Below are positions 1 to 10,193 of a stretch of DNA of 64,000 nucleotides, piece by piece. The DNA comes from Candidatus Falkowbacteria bacterium (lineage in GTDB: Bacteria; Patescibacteriota; Patescibacteriia; Patescibacteriales; UBA12465), in the NCBI GenBank assembly GCA_016432645.1, contig CP066698.1, forward strand, positions 581,062 to 645,061, read 5' to 3'. The notes beneath the pieces were generated by a model. That model worked only from the letters and a program-made list of their open reading frames with translations. It ran no database searches and had not been told where the DNA came from. Numbering within the stretch: position 1 is the stretch's first letter; each line of letters begins with the position of its first letter. Position numbers and translations under genes: made by a program.

Positions 1-657
1 TTTTATAAGCAAGGCGCTAATTAATTTAAAAGCCACCCCGACACCTGCTAAAAAGGGGCAGGGATAGGCATTGCGGCTATCAGCCGGATTAATCAACAAA
101 CAATCCGGCAAATCGCCGGGCTCAGGCAAAACATGATGGTCGGTAATTATAATGTCCAGGCCTTTGCTCTTAGCATAAGCGACTTCCTCTTTATTACGGA
201 CGCCATTATCAACCGTTATCACTAATTTAAAGCCGTTAGCCAAAATTTGATTAATGGCCATTTTATTTAGACCATAGCCTTCACTGACTCGATCCGGCAA
301 ATAAACTTCAACCTTGGCATGGAGAATTTTTAAAGTTTCCAGCAAAACCACCGAGGAAGTCACGCCGTCCGCATCATAATCGCCATAAACTACAATCCCA
401 TTACCCTGTTTAATGTGGCTGATTATCAAATCAACCGCCGCGGCCATATCTTTAAAAATGAAGGGGTCATAAAAACTTAAATCATTGCCAAAATTAACAG
501 TATTTTGGCTATTTAATTCCCCGCTTAAAAAATCTTTAATGGCCGCCTCTTCTTTTAAGCCGCGATTAAAAAGCAGCTGTAAAAAAATACGGCTGATGTC
601 AGGATATTTAACAGCTAGTTCCGAATTAAGGTCTGGCAAGACGCTCCATTCTTTCAT
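1..657 (-). CDS. recJ: RecJ single-stranded-DNA exonuclease, N-terminal 219 codons (rest lies beyond the left window edge)
   Basis: Absent from the ORF track because it is truncated. Minus-strand translation from ATG (657-655) stays open to base 1: MKEWSVLPDLNSELAVKYPDISRIFLQLLFNRGL...GIVVYGDYDADGVTSSVVL...LVITVDNGV...DIIITDHHV. These are the DHH-family motifs in RecJ order. Confidence 0.8.
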   Translation of the reverse strand, partial: MKEWSVLPDLNSELAVKYPDISRIFLQLLFNRGLKEEAAIKDFLSGELNSQNTVNFGNDLSFYDPFIFKDMAAAVDLIISHIKQGNGIVVYGDYDADGVTSSVVLLETLKILHAKVEVYLPDRVSEGYGLNKMAINQILANGFKLVITVDNGVRNKEEVAYAKSKGLDIIITDHHVLPEPGDLPDCLLINPADSRNAYPCPFLAGVGVAFKLISALLIK

Positions 658-672
658 AATTTTAACTTATTA

Positions 673-780
673 TTAAAATCCGCCCACGCCGCCCATCATG
701 AGCGGAAAAACAACCATGGAAATTGTCACTAAAATAGAAATTGCCAGCCAAATGGCGCGAATAATTTTTTTTCTTTTCAT
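673..780 (-). CDS. Small hydrophobic protein, 35 aa (below the ORF-track cutoff)
   Basis: ATG at 780-778 lies one base after the lepA stop; TAA at 675-673 lies 15 nt before the recJ start. MKRKKIIRAIWLAISILVTISMVVFPLMMGGVGGF has a basic N-terminus and one TM helix. Support is only the tight operon packing. Confidence 0.3.
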   Translation of the reverse strand: MKRKKIIRAIWLAISILVTISMVVFPLMMGGVGGF

Positions 781-781
781 A

Positions 782-2602
782 TTATCTTTTTAAAATTTTA
801 ACAAAAGTGTCCGGCGGTATTTCCACACTTCCCTTACCAGCAGCCATCATTTTCTTTTTCCCCTTCTTCTGTTTTTCCAATAACTTACGCTTACGGGAAA
901 CATCACCGCCATATAATTTAGCAGTCACATCTTTGCGCAACGCTGATAATTTTTCCGCGGCAATTACTTTAGCGCCAATCGCCGCCTGAATTTTAACGGC
1001 GAACATTTGGCGCGGCAAGCTATTCTTTAAAATATCAACTACTTCCCGCCCTTCACGGTAAGCATCGTCACGATAAACAATTGTGGCCAGCGCTTCAATG
1101 ATATCTTCAGCTACTAAAATATCCATCTTAACCACATCAGCCGGACGATAATCTAAATATTCATAGTTAATTGAGGCATAACCAGCGCTAACACTTTTTA
1201 CCTTATCATAAAAATCCGTCAAAATTGCCGACAGCGGTATTTCATAATGTAAAATAACGCGGCTGTCTTCGCCTTCCGCGGAAATATATTCAGTATTTTT
1301 ATAAACTCCCCGCTTCTCTTGCGCCAGCTTGATAATATTTCCCATGTAGCTCTTGGGGCTGACAATATCTAAAGCGACCCAGGGTTCTTCAATTATTTCC
1401 AATTGGTTTTGGTCTGGTAATTTCTGCGGCGTTCTAATAGTTATTTCTTCGCCGTTAGTTTTGACAACCTTATACGCGACGCTAGGGATAGTGACAATTA
1501 AATCCAAATTATATTCGCGGCGCAAACGTTCTTGAAAAACTTCCAAATGCAGCAGGCCTAAGAAACCGCAACGGAAACCAAAGCCTAAAGCATCAGAGCG
1601 TTCCGGTTCATAAGACAGGGCGGCATCATTCAACTTTAATTTGTCCATGGCCTCGCGCAATTCTTTAAAATCATTGCCTTCACGCGGAAAAATTCCGGCA
1701 AAAACCATCGGTTTTACCTCCTTGTAGCCTGGCAATTTATCTAGACTGTCAAAATCGGCGTTCGTGCCGGCAATTAAAGTATCGCCAACCCGACAATCGG
1801 CCACTTGCTTAAAACCAGTAACCACATAGCCGATTTGTCCGGCTTGCAATTCACCAGTGGAGACGTAGCCCGGCTTAAATATTCCGCAATCCAAAACTTC
1901 GCTTTCGGCGCGGACGGAAGCCAGCTTTATTTTATCGCCTTTTTTAATCTTACCGTTAAAAACGCGGATGTAAGCGACAACACCGCGATAAGTATCATAC
2001 TTAGAATCAAAAATAAGCGCGCGCGCATAATTACCGCCTCCGGCAATTGTTGGTTCTTTCGGCGCTTCGCTGCGCTTAATAATTTCATCTAAAACTTCAG
2101 CCACGCCCGCACCGGTTTTTCCTGAAGTACAAAAAATATCTTCTTCTTGGCAACCGATTAATTTAACAATTTCTCTCTTGGCTTTAGGAATATCGGCCGC
2201 CGGCAAATCAATTTTATTAACTACCGGAATAATCGTTAAATTTTGTTCCAAAGCTAAATATAAATTAGCGAGCGTCTGAGCTTGGATGCCCTGAGTAGAA
2301 TCAACTAACAACAAGGCTGTTTCTACGGCCGCTAACGAACGGGAAACTTCATACGAAAAATCAACATGGCCGGGGGTATCAATCAAATTCAGATTATAGC
2401 CCTTATATTCCATGTTAACCGGGGTCAGTTTAATCGTGATTCCCCGCTCACGTTCAATATCCATGCCATCAAGCAATTGCTCCTTCATCTTCCGCTTTTC
2501 AACTGTACCGGTAATTTCTAACATTCTATCGGCCAAGGTTGATTTACCGTGGTCAATATGAGCAATGATGGAAAAATTTCTAATTTTATTAATATCTAAC
2601 AT
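782..2602 (-). CDS. lepA: Translation elongation factor 4 (LepA)
   Basis: 606 aa. GTPase motifs AHIDHGKST, DTPGHVDF and NKIDL are present, and the domain order and length are typical of EF4. Confidence 0.95.
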   Translation of the reverse strand: MLDINKIRNFSIIAHIDHGKSTLADRMLEITGTVEKRKMKEQLLDGMDIERERGITIKLTPVNMEYKGYNLNLIDTPGHVDFSYEVSRSLAAVETALLLVDSTQGIQAQTLANLYLALEQNLTIIPVVNKIDLPAADIPKAKREIVKLIGCQEEDIFCTSGKTGAGVAEVLDEIIKRSEAPKEPTIAGGGNYARALIFDSKYDTYRGVVAYIRVFNGKIKKGDKIKLASVRAESEVLDCGIFKPGYVSTGELQAGQIGYVVTGFKQVADCRVGDTLIAGTNADFDSLDKLPGYKEVKPMVFAGIFPREGNDFKELREAMDKLKLNDAALSYEPERSDALGFGFRCGFLGLLHLEVFQERLRREYNLDLIVTIPSVAYKVVKTNGEEITIRTPQKLPDQNQLEIIEEPWVALDIVSPKSYMGNIIKLAQEKRGVYKNTEYISAEGEDSRVILHYEIPLSAILTDFYDKVKSVSAGYASINYEYLDYRPADVVKMDILVAEDIIEALATIVYRDDAYREGREVVDILKNSLPRQMFAVKIQAAIGAKVIAAEKLSALRKDVTAKLYGGDVSRKRKLLEKQKKGKKKMMAAGKGSVEIPPDTFVKILKR

Positions 2603-2610
2603 AATTTTTA

Positions 2611-4248
2611 TTAAACACCGCGCGCCTCGCCCTGGTCTTCAAGCTTAACTTTTTTAAACGGCAGATGCCTTTTCATAGTTGATACCAAAGAGAAGAACTC
2701 TTCGCTGTTGAGCAGGTAGCAAAAGAAGGCGTACATCAACAAACCGGAAATAAAGGAGGTCGTTAGCTGTATAAAAACACCGCTGAATTTGTCCATATTG
2801 ATAAACGGCCAAACAACCACTTTCATAATTTGAGCCGTCAAGCCGGCGGCAATGGCGGCAATTATAAATTTAGCGCTAGCGCTTAAAATATTGGCTAAAT
2901 CCAAGGCTCCCACTTTAACATAAAGCCAGCCCCAAAGCAAGATTAAATTTATTATTCCGGCGACAGAAAAAGCCAGGGCTAAACCGGCGACACCCATAAT
3001 TTTCCCCAAATAAAAAGACAGGATGATATTGATAACAATTGACACCAAGCCAAGATATAACGGAGTGTGAGAATTATGGCGCGCGTAAAAAACTCTGACT
3101 ACTAACGGAATTGTCGCCTGGGCAAATAAGCTCAGGGAAAAGAAAGCAAGGGCATCCATAGTCATAAAGGTGGAACGCCAATCAAAGTTCCCTGTTCCTA
3201 AAACAACACGGATAATCTGCGCCCTGAGAGTTATAATTAAAACGGTTGCCGGAATAATAAAAAAAAGAATTTGGCGTATCGTGCTCGAAAAATGAACCGT
3301 CAGCTGCTGTTTATTAAAAGCATTTTCGGCCAGAGCCGGGAAAGCGGCAATAGCAAAAGAAATTCCAAAAATTCCAATCGGAAAAGATTGCAAATTATTA
3401 GCAAAATTAAAAGCGGTCAAAGAGCCGCTGGGCAAGGTTGAAGCAATAATGGTAATTACCACTAAATTTATCTGGGAAATTGCCAAGCTCATCGTTCGCG
3501 GCACCATCATTTTACCAATCTTAATTGTATTAATATCGCGCCAGGATAATTTAAATAAATATCTAAAACCTAGATTATAAACAGCTGGCAGCTGGACAAT
3601 AAAATGCAGAAAGGCCCCCAAGACAACCCCCCAAGCTAAACCATTAATTCCAAAGTATTCGGTGAAGTATAGAGCGCCAATAATAATCCCTAAGTTATAA
3701 AAAATGGGGGCGAAAGAATAAACTAAAAAACGTTTAAAAGATTGCAAAACGCCGCCCAGAACACCGGACAAACCCAAAAAAACCGGCGACAAAAACATAA
3801 TTCTAGTAAGCGCCGTGGTTTTCAATTGTTCTTCCGGCCCGAACCCGGGCGTAATTAAACGAGTAAGCAAAGGGGCAAAAATTATTCCCAAGATTGAAAG
3901 GCAGGCGAGGCCTAAAACTAAAAAATTTAAAACGTTGCTAGCCAATGACCAAGCTTCTTTATTAGCCTGTCTTGGCTCGTTATGGCCGCCTTGCGAATCT
4001 TTAATTAAGCTGCTAAAAATTGGAATAAAGCCCGCTGATAATGCCCCTAGAACAATAAGATTAAAAATTAAATCCGGAATTCTAAAAGCGGCATAATAAA
4101 TATCCAAAGTTGAGCCTGCCCCAAAACTACCGGCTAAAATACGATCTCGGACAACCCCTAACAAGCGGGAAACTAAAGACGAAAAAGCCACTAAAGCGGC
4201 GGCCACGGTAATGCTATTTATTTGGCGGTTAAATATCCGTTTAAACAT
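2611..4248 (-). CDS. murJ: Lipid II flippase MurJ/MviN
   Basis: 545 aa polytopic membrane protein. The N-terminus SRLLGVVRDRILAGSFGAGSTLDIYYAAFRIPDLIFN is the MurJ family signature region. Confidence 0.9.
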   Translation of the reverse strand: MFKRIFNRQINSITVAAALVAFSSLVSRLLGVVRDRILAGSFGAGSTLDIYYAAFRIPDLIFNLIVLGALSAGFIPIFSSLIKDSQGGHNEPRQANKEAWSLASNVLNFLVLGLACLSILGIIFAPLLTRLITPGFGPEEQLKTTALTRIMFLSPVFLGLSGVLGGVLQSFKRFLVYSFAPIFYNLGIIIGALYFTEYFGINGLAWGVVLGAFLHFIVQLPAVYNLGFRYLFKLSWRDINTIKIGKMMVPRTMSLAISQINLVVITIIASTLPSGSLTAFNFANNLQSFPIGIFGISFAIAAFPALAENAFNKQQLTVHFSSTIRQILFFIIPATVLIITLRAQIIRVVLGTGNFDWRSTFMTMDALAFFSLSLFAQATIPLVVRVFYARHNSHTPLYLGLVSIVINIILSFYLGKIMGVAGLALAFSVAGIINLILLWGWLYVKVGALDLANILSASAKFIIAAIAAGLTAQIMKVVVWPFINMDKFSGVFIQLTTSFISGLLMYAFFCYLLNSEEFFSLVSTMKRHLPFKKVKLEDQGEARGV

Positions 4249-4252
4249 ATTA

Positions 4253-5716
4253 TTATCTTAACTGGTTTTTCAGAATAAGCAAATCCTGGAGATTAGCAAG
4301 CGCCCTATCATATCCGGGGTTAATTTCCAGCTCTTTTTTAAACTCCGCTTCCGCCTCATCCAGCTTGCCCTGCCCCAGATAAATAACCCCGATATTATTA
4401 TGAGCCATCGGTTCTTCAGGATTTAATTCCAGGGCGCGCGTATAGGCGGCGAGGGCTTCAGTTTGTCGGTTATTAAAATACAGCATGACGCCTAAATTAC
4501 GGACTGGCATTGGTGCCGACGGCGAGCTGGCAACCGCACTCTGCCAAAACGCCAAACGATTTTGAAAATTTGGCAAATGAAAGGCAGAAAGCATAAAGAA
4601 TAAAATTACCAATGCCAGTCCGCTGGCATACACGGACGGACGGCGATAATCCAAATCTTTCAAAAATTTAATTTGCGCCGTCATTATCAACAAACCGATA
4701 AACGGCAGATAAAGACGATGTTCTAGAAAATAATAAGCGTTTCTGGAATCGGGATTTATTAAAGATGGCAGCAAAAACAACAAATACCAGAGCAAGCCGA
4801 AAGCTAAATATTTTTTCGGTATACCCTTTTTATAAATAGCGGCTGCTGCCAGGATTATTACAGCCAATAACCCAAAAACTAAATTAGCATCTTTTAAAAC
4901 GGACATAATCGCTAAATCAAATGGTAAGAAAAATCTTCCCAAGCCGACAATCAGAGCCGGTGAATTAGCTAAAATTGAAGAAACCATTACCGACAAACCG
5001 CTGCCGCCATTAACCGCCAGACTGCGAAAAAAAGTCCAAATTAAAATTCCCGCAGTCGCGCCAACTATCCATGACCACTTATCGGCAATATTAATTTTTT
5101 TCTCAGAAATAAATAGATAATAAAATAACGCCAATACCGGAAAAACCAAGGCAGTTTCTTTAGTAAACAAGGCGGCTGAAAAAAATAAAAGGCTGGCAGT
5201 ATAATCGGCTAAACGCGGTTTTTCTAAAAATTTTAAAAAATATATAAAAGATGCCGTCACAAAAATAGCTAAAATAGAATCATTGCGCCCCGGTATCCAA
5301 GCTACGGATTGCACTAGAGCCGGATGGGCCAAAAAAATAAGGGTCAGCCAAAAAGCCAAGGCTGCCGGCGATTTTAATTTTTTAAGCAAGGCAAATAGCA
5401 AGCAAGCCGCCAAAATATGTAATAGAACATTGGACACATGGAAAAACCATGGCAGCTGTCCGGAAATAAGGGTATCAAAAAATAAGGATATGCTTAATAG
5501 CGGCCGATAATAAAAATCATTATCGGAAAAAAAGACGTCATTAGTAAAAAAACTGCCGATTTGGGAAGCCTGGCTGATAATCGAATAGTTATCTAAAATA
5601 AGCGTGTTATCATCCAAGTAGGAAAAATCAAAAAAAGCGGTGGCTAAATAGAGGGCCAACCCTAATAAAATAATCACTAAATACGGCCGATATTTATTCT
5701 TGAACATAAAACTCAC
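4253..5716 (-). CDS. GT-C fold membrane glycosyltransferase-like protein with C-terminal TPR repeats (PMT/TMTC-like)
   Basis: 487 aa. About 10 TM helices with an early loop FSYLDDNTLILDN (the acidic DD loop seen in PMT/TMTC-type enzymes). The C-terminal roughly 90 aa are TPR-like (ALAAYTRALELNPEEPMAHNNIGVIYLGQGKLDEAEAEFKKELEINP). Confidence 0.55.
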   Translation of the reverse strand: MSFMFKNKYRPYLVIILLGLALYLATAFFDFSYLDDNTLILDNYSIISQASQIGSFFTNDVFFSDNDFYYRPLLSISLFFDTLISGQLPWFFHVSNVLLHILAACLLFALLKKLKSPAALAFWLTLIFLAHPALVQSVAWIPGRNDSILAIFVTASFIYFLKFLEKPRLADYTASLLFFSAALFTKETALVFPVLALFYYLFISEKKINIADKWSWIVGATAGILIWTFFRSLAVNGGSGLSVMVSSILANSPALIVGLGRFFLPFDLAIMSVLKDANLVFGLLAVIILAAAAIYKKGIPKKYLAFGLLWYLLFLLPSLINPDSRNAYYFLEHRLYLPFIGLLIMTAQIKFLKDLDYRRPSVYASGLALVILFFMLSAFHLPNFQNRLAFWQSAVASSPSAPMPVRNLGVMLYFNNRQTEALAAYTRALELNPEEPMAHNNIGVIYLGQGKLDEAEAEFKKELEINPGYDRALANLQDLLILKNQLR

Positions 5717-5739
5717 ATCTCGGTGCGCGATATAAATAA

Positions 5740-6453
5740 CTATAATTTAAAGCCGAAAAAATATTTTAAACCAGTCCAGAAAGTGGCTAATCCATATTTC
5801 AAGCTGCGCCAAAAATTTATGGAAGATGCTTCCTTAAAATATCTGACCGGAACCGGAATCTCGCCGATTCGATAACGAGCACCGGCAATCTTAAATAACA
5901 TCTGGCTGTCAAAAACAAAATCATCGGAATTATGGAGCCAGTTTATTTTTTCCAACACTTCCCGCTTGTAGGCCCGCATGCCGGTATGCCATTCCGATAA
6001 ATTTAGGCCGCTGACAAAATTTTCAAAAACCGTTAAGGCGCGGTTGGAGATATATTTGTATAGAGGCATGCCGCCGGCAAGGGTTTCGCGCCGGCTGCGG
6101 ATACGCGTTCCCAGCATCACGTCAAAATAGTCGTCCGCAATAAATTCCGCAAAATATTTAATTAGTTTTGGATCATACTGATAATCGGGATGTATCATTA
6201 CAACAATATCTGCGCCTTTATCCAGCGCCAGCTGGTAGCAAGTTTTTTGATTGCCGCCGTAGCCTTTATTTTGCGGGTGTTCAAAAACCGTTAAACCCAG
6301 ACTGCGCCCCAGAGCGGCGGTTTTGTCCGCGCTCTTATCATCAACCAAAATAATCTCGTCCACAATTGCCGGAATATCGGCTACTGTTTGCCTTAAAGTT
6401 TGCTCCGCATTATAAGCCGGCATGACGACGATAATTTTTTGGTTATTATACAT
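5740..6453 (-). CDS. Family 2 glycosyltransferase (polyprenol-phosphate sugar synthase-like)
   Basis: 237 aa. [14 protein letters not shown] ... [11 protein letters not shown] ... HPDYQYDP is the GT2 / Dpm1-like DxD architecture. Confidence 0.8.
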   Translation of the reverse strand: MYNNQKIIVVMPAYNAEQTLRQTVADIPAIVDEIILVDDKSADKTAALGRSLGLTVFEHPQNKGYGGNQKTCYQLALDKGADIVVMIHPDYQYDPKLIKYFAEFIADDYFDVMLGTRIRSRRETLAGGMPLYKYISNRALTVFENFVSGLNLSEWHTGMRAYKREVLEKINWLHNSDDFVFDSQMLFKIAGARYRIGEIPVPVRYFKEASSINFWRSLKYGLATFWTGLKYFFGFKL

Positions 6454-6459
6454 ACTAAA

Positions 6460-8433
6460 TTAAATAATAGCGCGGACATCGCCGGCCAGCGCCCCCTCAA
6501 CTCTTAAAAATAAAGGATTAATATCAAATTCTTTAATTTCCGGATGCTCATTGGCTAATCGAGATAAGGCCACCAAAATATCAGCTAATTGCTTAATATT
6601 ATATTTCTTGCCGCCGCGGGCACCAGTTAAAATCGGATAAAATGGCAAACTCTTAATAAACTCTAGGGCGCGCGCCGTATTTAAATCGGCAATTACTGTC
6701 CGGAATTCCTTAAAAATTTCCGCATAAATGCCGCCGATACCCACCAAAATCAAGGGGCCAAAGGAGGCATCGCGTTTAAAACCTAAAATTATTTCTAAAC
6801 CGCCTTTAACTTGCGGCTGAACCACTAAATAATTATCGGGGTTGCTTAAAATCTTTTTATTATTCTTAGAAAAATTAACAGCGGCCTTATCTACAGCCTG
6901 GCGATTTTCCAAGTTCAGCATAATCGCTCCTTTATCAGTTTTGTGGAGAAAATCCGGACCCACCGCTTTTAAAACCGCCGGGTAAGAAACAGACACGGAA
7001 CTTGAATATTTTAGAGTTTTAACCGCCGGAAATTTATATTTATTTAATAAGTTAAATAAATAAAGATAATCCGACTTAGCCTTACCAGACGGAAATTCTT
7101 TCTTTAAAAATGGCTTTAAGGTTTTGAGAACCGACTGTCTATCAGCTAGTCTTTTAACCGCCCTAATCGCTCGTTCGGGGTAATTAAAGGCTGGGACATT
7201 ATTATCGGTTAAAAAATCTTTAGCTTTAGCTACCGCGACTTCTCCCAAAAAACTGGCAAGGACTAAACGCTTGGAATATTTTTTATCAACCTTAATAATC
7301 GATTGGGCGGTTAATAATGGTTCGGTCGTGGTCTGCGGTGTTAGCAAAACTAAAATATTATCATTGCCGGAAGTTTTAAGTATCTTATCTAAAGCCTCTT
7401 CATATTTCAAAGCACTGGCATCACCTAAAATGTCCAAGCTATCTTTTAAATTCAATTTTTGGCGAGAAATTTCATCAGCCGATAAAACAGCAATGCCGCC
7501 GGCATTGGTCAAAATACGCAAATCACCGGTCACTGGGCCAAAGGCGCCCCGAGCTTGAAAAATTAACATCAAGTCAAAAAGCTCCTCAAGATTTTCAATC
7601 ATAATCGCCCCCGCACGCTCCAGTCCGGCTTTAATGGCGGCCGCGCCGCCAGCCATAGCACCGGTGTGCGACTTGGCCATCTGGCCGCCGCGCTCGCTCA
7701 TCCCCGACTTTAAAACCACAATCGGTTTCTTGGGAGAAATTTTAGAAACTAAAGACATAAATTTTTGACCGTCTTTAATATCCTCCAAATACATAAAAAT
7801 AGCGCTCGTTTTTTTATCAGTTGCCAGATAAGTCAAAAAATCATTTTCATCAAGAGCGGCTTTATTTCCTAAGCTGATAAAATAACCTAAATTAAAATCT
7901 TTATTCCGCAACCAATCCAAAACTGCGCTCCCAATCGCCCCCGACTGGGAGAGAAAGGCGATTTGTCCGCCGCCCGTGCCGCTATCGGCAAAACTGGCAT
8001 TTAACTTTTTATTATTATTAATAAAGCCCAAACAATTAGGGCCGAGGATATTTAATTTATGCTTAAGGGCGAGTGCTTTAAGGTCAGCTTCTCTAGCTGC
8101 ACCCTCGTCGCCAGTTTCTTTAAAACCGGCGCTGATAACAATAATATTTTTCATTCCCAGGCGAGCACATTTCTCGAGCTCCGCCAAAACGAAAGGCGCC
8201 GGAATAACAATAACCACTAAAATAGTGGTTTTGTTTTTAAGCGGAATCATCTCTAAGCTCGCACAGGCTGGCAATCCGGCCACCATTTTATTATCGCGGT
8301 TAATCGGATAAATTTTTCCGGTATAGCCGTTCTTAATAATGCTGTCTAAAACTTGCCGGCCGACTTTAGTTTTATCAGAAGAGGCGCCGACAACCGCCAC
8401 CCCGGACGGATTAAAGAAATTTTTTAAATCCAT
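6460..8433 (-). CDS. Acetate--CoA ligase (ADP-forming), fused alpha/beta subunits
   Basis: 657 aa. N-terminal CoA-binding region (GVAVVGASSDKTKVGRQV), a succinyl-CoA-ligase-like middle with the phosphohistidine segment (MAKSHTGAMAG), and a C-terminal ATP-grasp part. Confidence 0.8.
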   Translation of the reverse strand: MDLKNFFNPSGVAVVGASSDKTKVGRQVLDSIIKNGYTGKIYPINRDNKMVAGLPACASLEMIPLKNKTTILVVIVIPAPFVLAELEKCARLGMKNIIVISAGFKETGDEGAAREADLKALALKHKLNILGPNCLGFINNNKKLNASFADSGTGGGQIAFLSQSGAIGSAVLDWLRNKDFNLGYFISLGNKAALDENDFLTYLATDKKTSAIFMYLEDIKDGQKFMSLVSKISPKKPIVVLKSGMSERGGQMAKSHTGAMAGGAAAIKAGLERAGAIMIENLEELFDLMLIFQARGAFGPVTGDLRILTNAGGIAVLSADEISRQKLNLKDSLDILGDASALKYEEALDKILKTSGNDNILVLLTPQTTTEPLLTAQSIIKVDKKYSKRLVLASFLGEVAVAKAKDFLTDNNVPAFNYPERAIRAVKRLADRQSVLKTLKPFLKKEFPSGKAKSDYLYLFNLLNKYKFPAVKTLKYSSSVSVSYPAVLKAVGPDFLHKTDKGAIMLNLENRQAVDKAAVNFSKNNKKILSNPDNYLVVQPQVKGGLEIILGFKRDASFGPLILVGIGGIYAEIFKEFRTVIADLNTARALEFIKSLPFYPILTGARGGKKYNIKQLADILVALSRLANEHPEIKEFDINPLFLRVEGALAGDVRAII

Positions 8434-8437
8434 ATTT

Positions 8438-8617
8438 TTATTTTTTGATTAATGAATAAATTCCCGAAACAACCAAAGCTAAGAATAAGTAGTTAAGATT
8501 GAAGTAGGCTAAGACAATATTCGGTGCCATAATTTCTAAAAAAACCAAAGTTAAGCTGAGCCAAAACAAAAAGTAGAAGGTTTCCCGCGCAATTATTTTT
8601 TTGCTTAATTTTTCCAT
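8438..8617 (-). CDS. Small membrane protein, 59 aa (just below the ORF-track cutoff)
   Basis: ATG 8617-8615, TAA 8440-8438. MEKLSKKIIARETFYFLFWLSLTLVFLEIMAPNIVLAYFNLNYLFLALVVSGIYSLIKK has two hydrophobic helices. It fills the gap between two minus-strand genes. Confidence 0.35.
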   Translation of the reverse strand: MEKLSKKIIARETFYFLFWLSLTLVFLEIMAPNIVLAYFNLNYLFLALVVSGIYSLIKK

Positions 8618-8626
8618 ATATTAAAT

Positions 8627-10117
8627 TTACTGGCCACGGCCTAATAATTTCTGCCAGAGCGTGCGGCCGGAAAATTCCATTTTTATCTCGCTAATTTCCA
8701 GATAATCATCTAGACCGTCATCATTTTTAAGGCCGGGGACAGAAATCATAAAATTATATTTCCCCTTTTCTCGATAAACGCCGATTAAGTTAAACTCCGC
8801 CGAGGCGATAGTGGTATTATCTTTAATTCGAGGCGCTTGATAATCGGCTAAAATATAATTAACCCCGTTATCTAAACTAAAAAACCGGTCAACCTTAGGC
8901 AGTAAAGGATTAAAAAGCATATTTTTAGAAAAAGAAAATACGCCGCCGGCTTCTAAGATGACATCGTCTTTAGTTAATTTTATTTCTTTAACCGGCGAAC
9001 CGCCATCAGCCTTAAAGTTAAATTGTTTATAAGGCTCAGACAGAACGAACGTCTCTCCATCAAAACTGATATTTTGTACGCTGGCCGGAACAAAAGCTTT
9101 AACTTGCAGATAGCTGGAATCAGTATAAATATTTAAGGCCCGGCCGCTAGAAACCGGCCAAATTCTCCCCGAAAAAACAAAACGGTCCAATGAACTTTGA
9201 AGGCTTTTAATAACGGTATCATCGCTAATCTTAATTTCTACCTTATATAATCCGGGGCTTAAATTTTTCTCTTCCAAAAGTAAAGATTTATTTTCTTCTT
9301 GGCCGCCTACCGGATTAGCATTTTCATCAGCCAGGCTGACTTGCTTAACAATTTTTCCGTCCTTAGACAAAATAATTGCCAAGGGGTCGGCCGCCTTGTC
9401 TTGATTTAAATCAACAAATTTAAGATCTAAGCGCAGGGGTTCGTTGTTAATATAAAAAAATAAAGTATGGGCGCCGCGCAAAGGCACATCCAATAGCGTC
9501 GGCAAAGAATCTTTAAGGCCCGGGAATTGAAAATTAAAATCCGGGTTATAATTATAGACCGCCAAACAAGAGGCGGTGCTGCCGGGGCAAGCCTCTAAAT
9601 TATTAGTTTTTAAATCAGCAAAAAAATCTGAAAAGCGCTGATAATTATTTTCTGCCTGCCATAAGGTGACACCATTTTCCGCCAAGGGCCTTCCCGGCAA
9701 GCGCAAATCATCTAAAATTTTATTATCAAGAGGCTGCAAATCATAACGCCAAACAATATTATCCGCGAGAACGCCAGCTTCCACTATCGGGGTACTGGAT
9801 GTTAGTTGAGATTTATAGGTGACAGTCATTTTAACTTTAGAAAAAGTTCGCGGGGTAAAAACCGAAAAATAAACCGGATCGCCGATTAAGCGCGGCAGCC
9901 GGCCGCTTTTTTCGTCAACGCGTTCAGCGGGCGTAAAACTATAGATAAAGCCCTTGCCGGATCTGAGCCGGCTTGAATAATCTTTGGAGTAAGCCATGCT
10001 TCCTAAAGGAACAATTTTTAAAAATAAAAAAACTAAAACAACCAACAAAATCAGCGCGATTTGCGCCGCCCGCAGCTTAAATAACAACGTCTTTTTTCGG
10101 AAAAATTCCATCATCAT
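8627..10117 (-). CDS. Hypothetical membrane-anchored protein (one N-terminal TM helix, large extracytoplasmic domain)
   Basis: 496 aa long ORF. The N-terminus LRAAQIALILLVVLVFLFLKIV is a signal-anchor. I recognise no motif in the rest. Confidence 0.6.
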   Translation of the reverse strand: MMMEFFRKKTLLFKLRAAQIALILLVVLVFLFLKIVPLGSMAYSKDYSSRLRSGKGFIYSFTPAERVDEKSGRLPRLIGDPVYFSVFTPRTFSKVKMTVTYKSQLTSSTPIVEAGVLADNIVWRYDLQPLDNKILDDLRLPGRPLAENGVTLWQAENNYQRFSDFFADLKTNNLEACPGSTASCLAVYNYNPDFNFQFPGLKDSLPTLLDVPLRGAHTLFFYINNEPLRLDLKFVDLNQDKAADPLAIILSKDGKIVKQVSLADENANPVGGQEENKSLLLEEKNLSPGLYKVEIKISDDTVIKSLQSSLDRFVFSGRIWPVSSGRALNIYTDSSYLQVKAFVPASVQNISFDGETFVLSEPYKQFNFKADGGSPVKEIKLTKDDVILEAGGVFSFSKNMLFNPLLPKVDRFFSLDNGVNYILADYQAPRIKDNTTIASAEFNLIGVYREKGKYNFMISVPGLKNDDGLDDYLEISEIKMEFSGRTLWQKLLGRGQ

Positions 10118-10193
10118 ATATCTATATTTTACGTTATTTGCGCCAAAAAAACAATCAGGACAAGAACGACTTTTTTTGCTATAATATTAGTAT

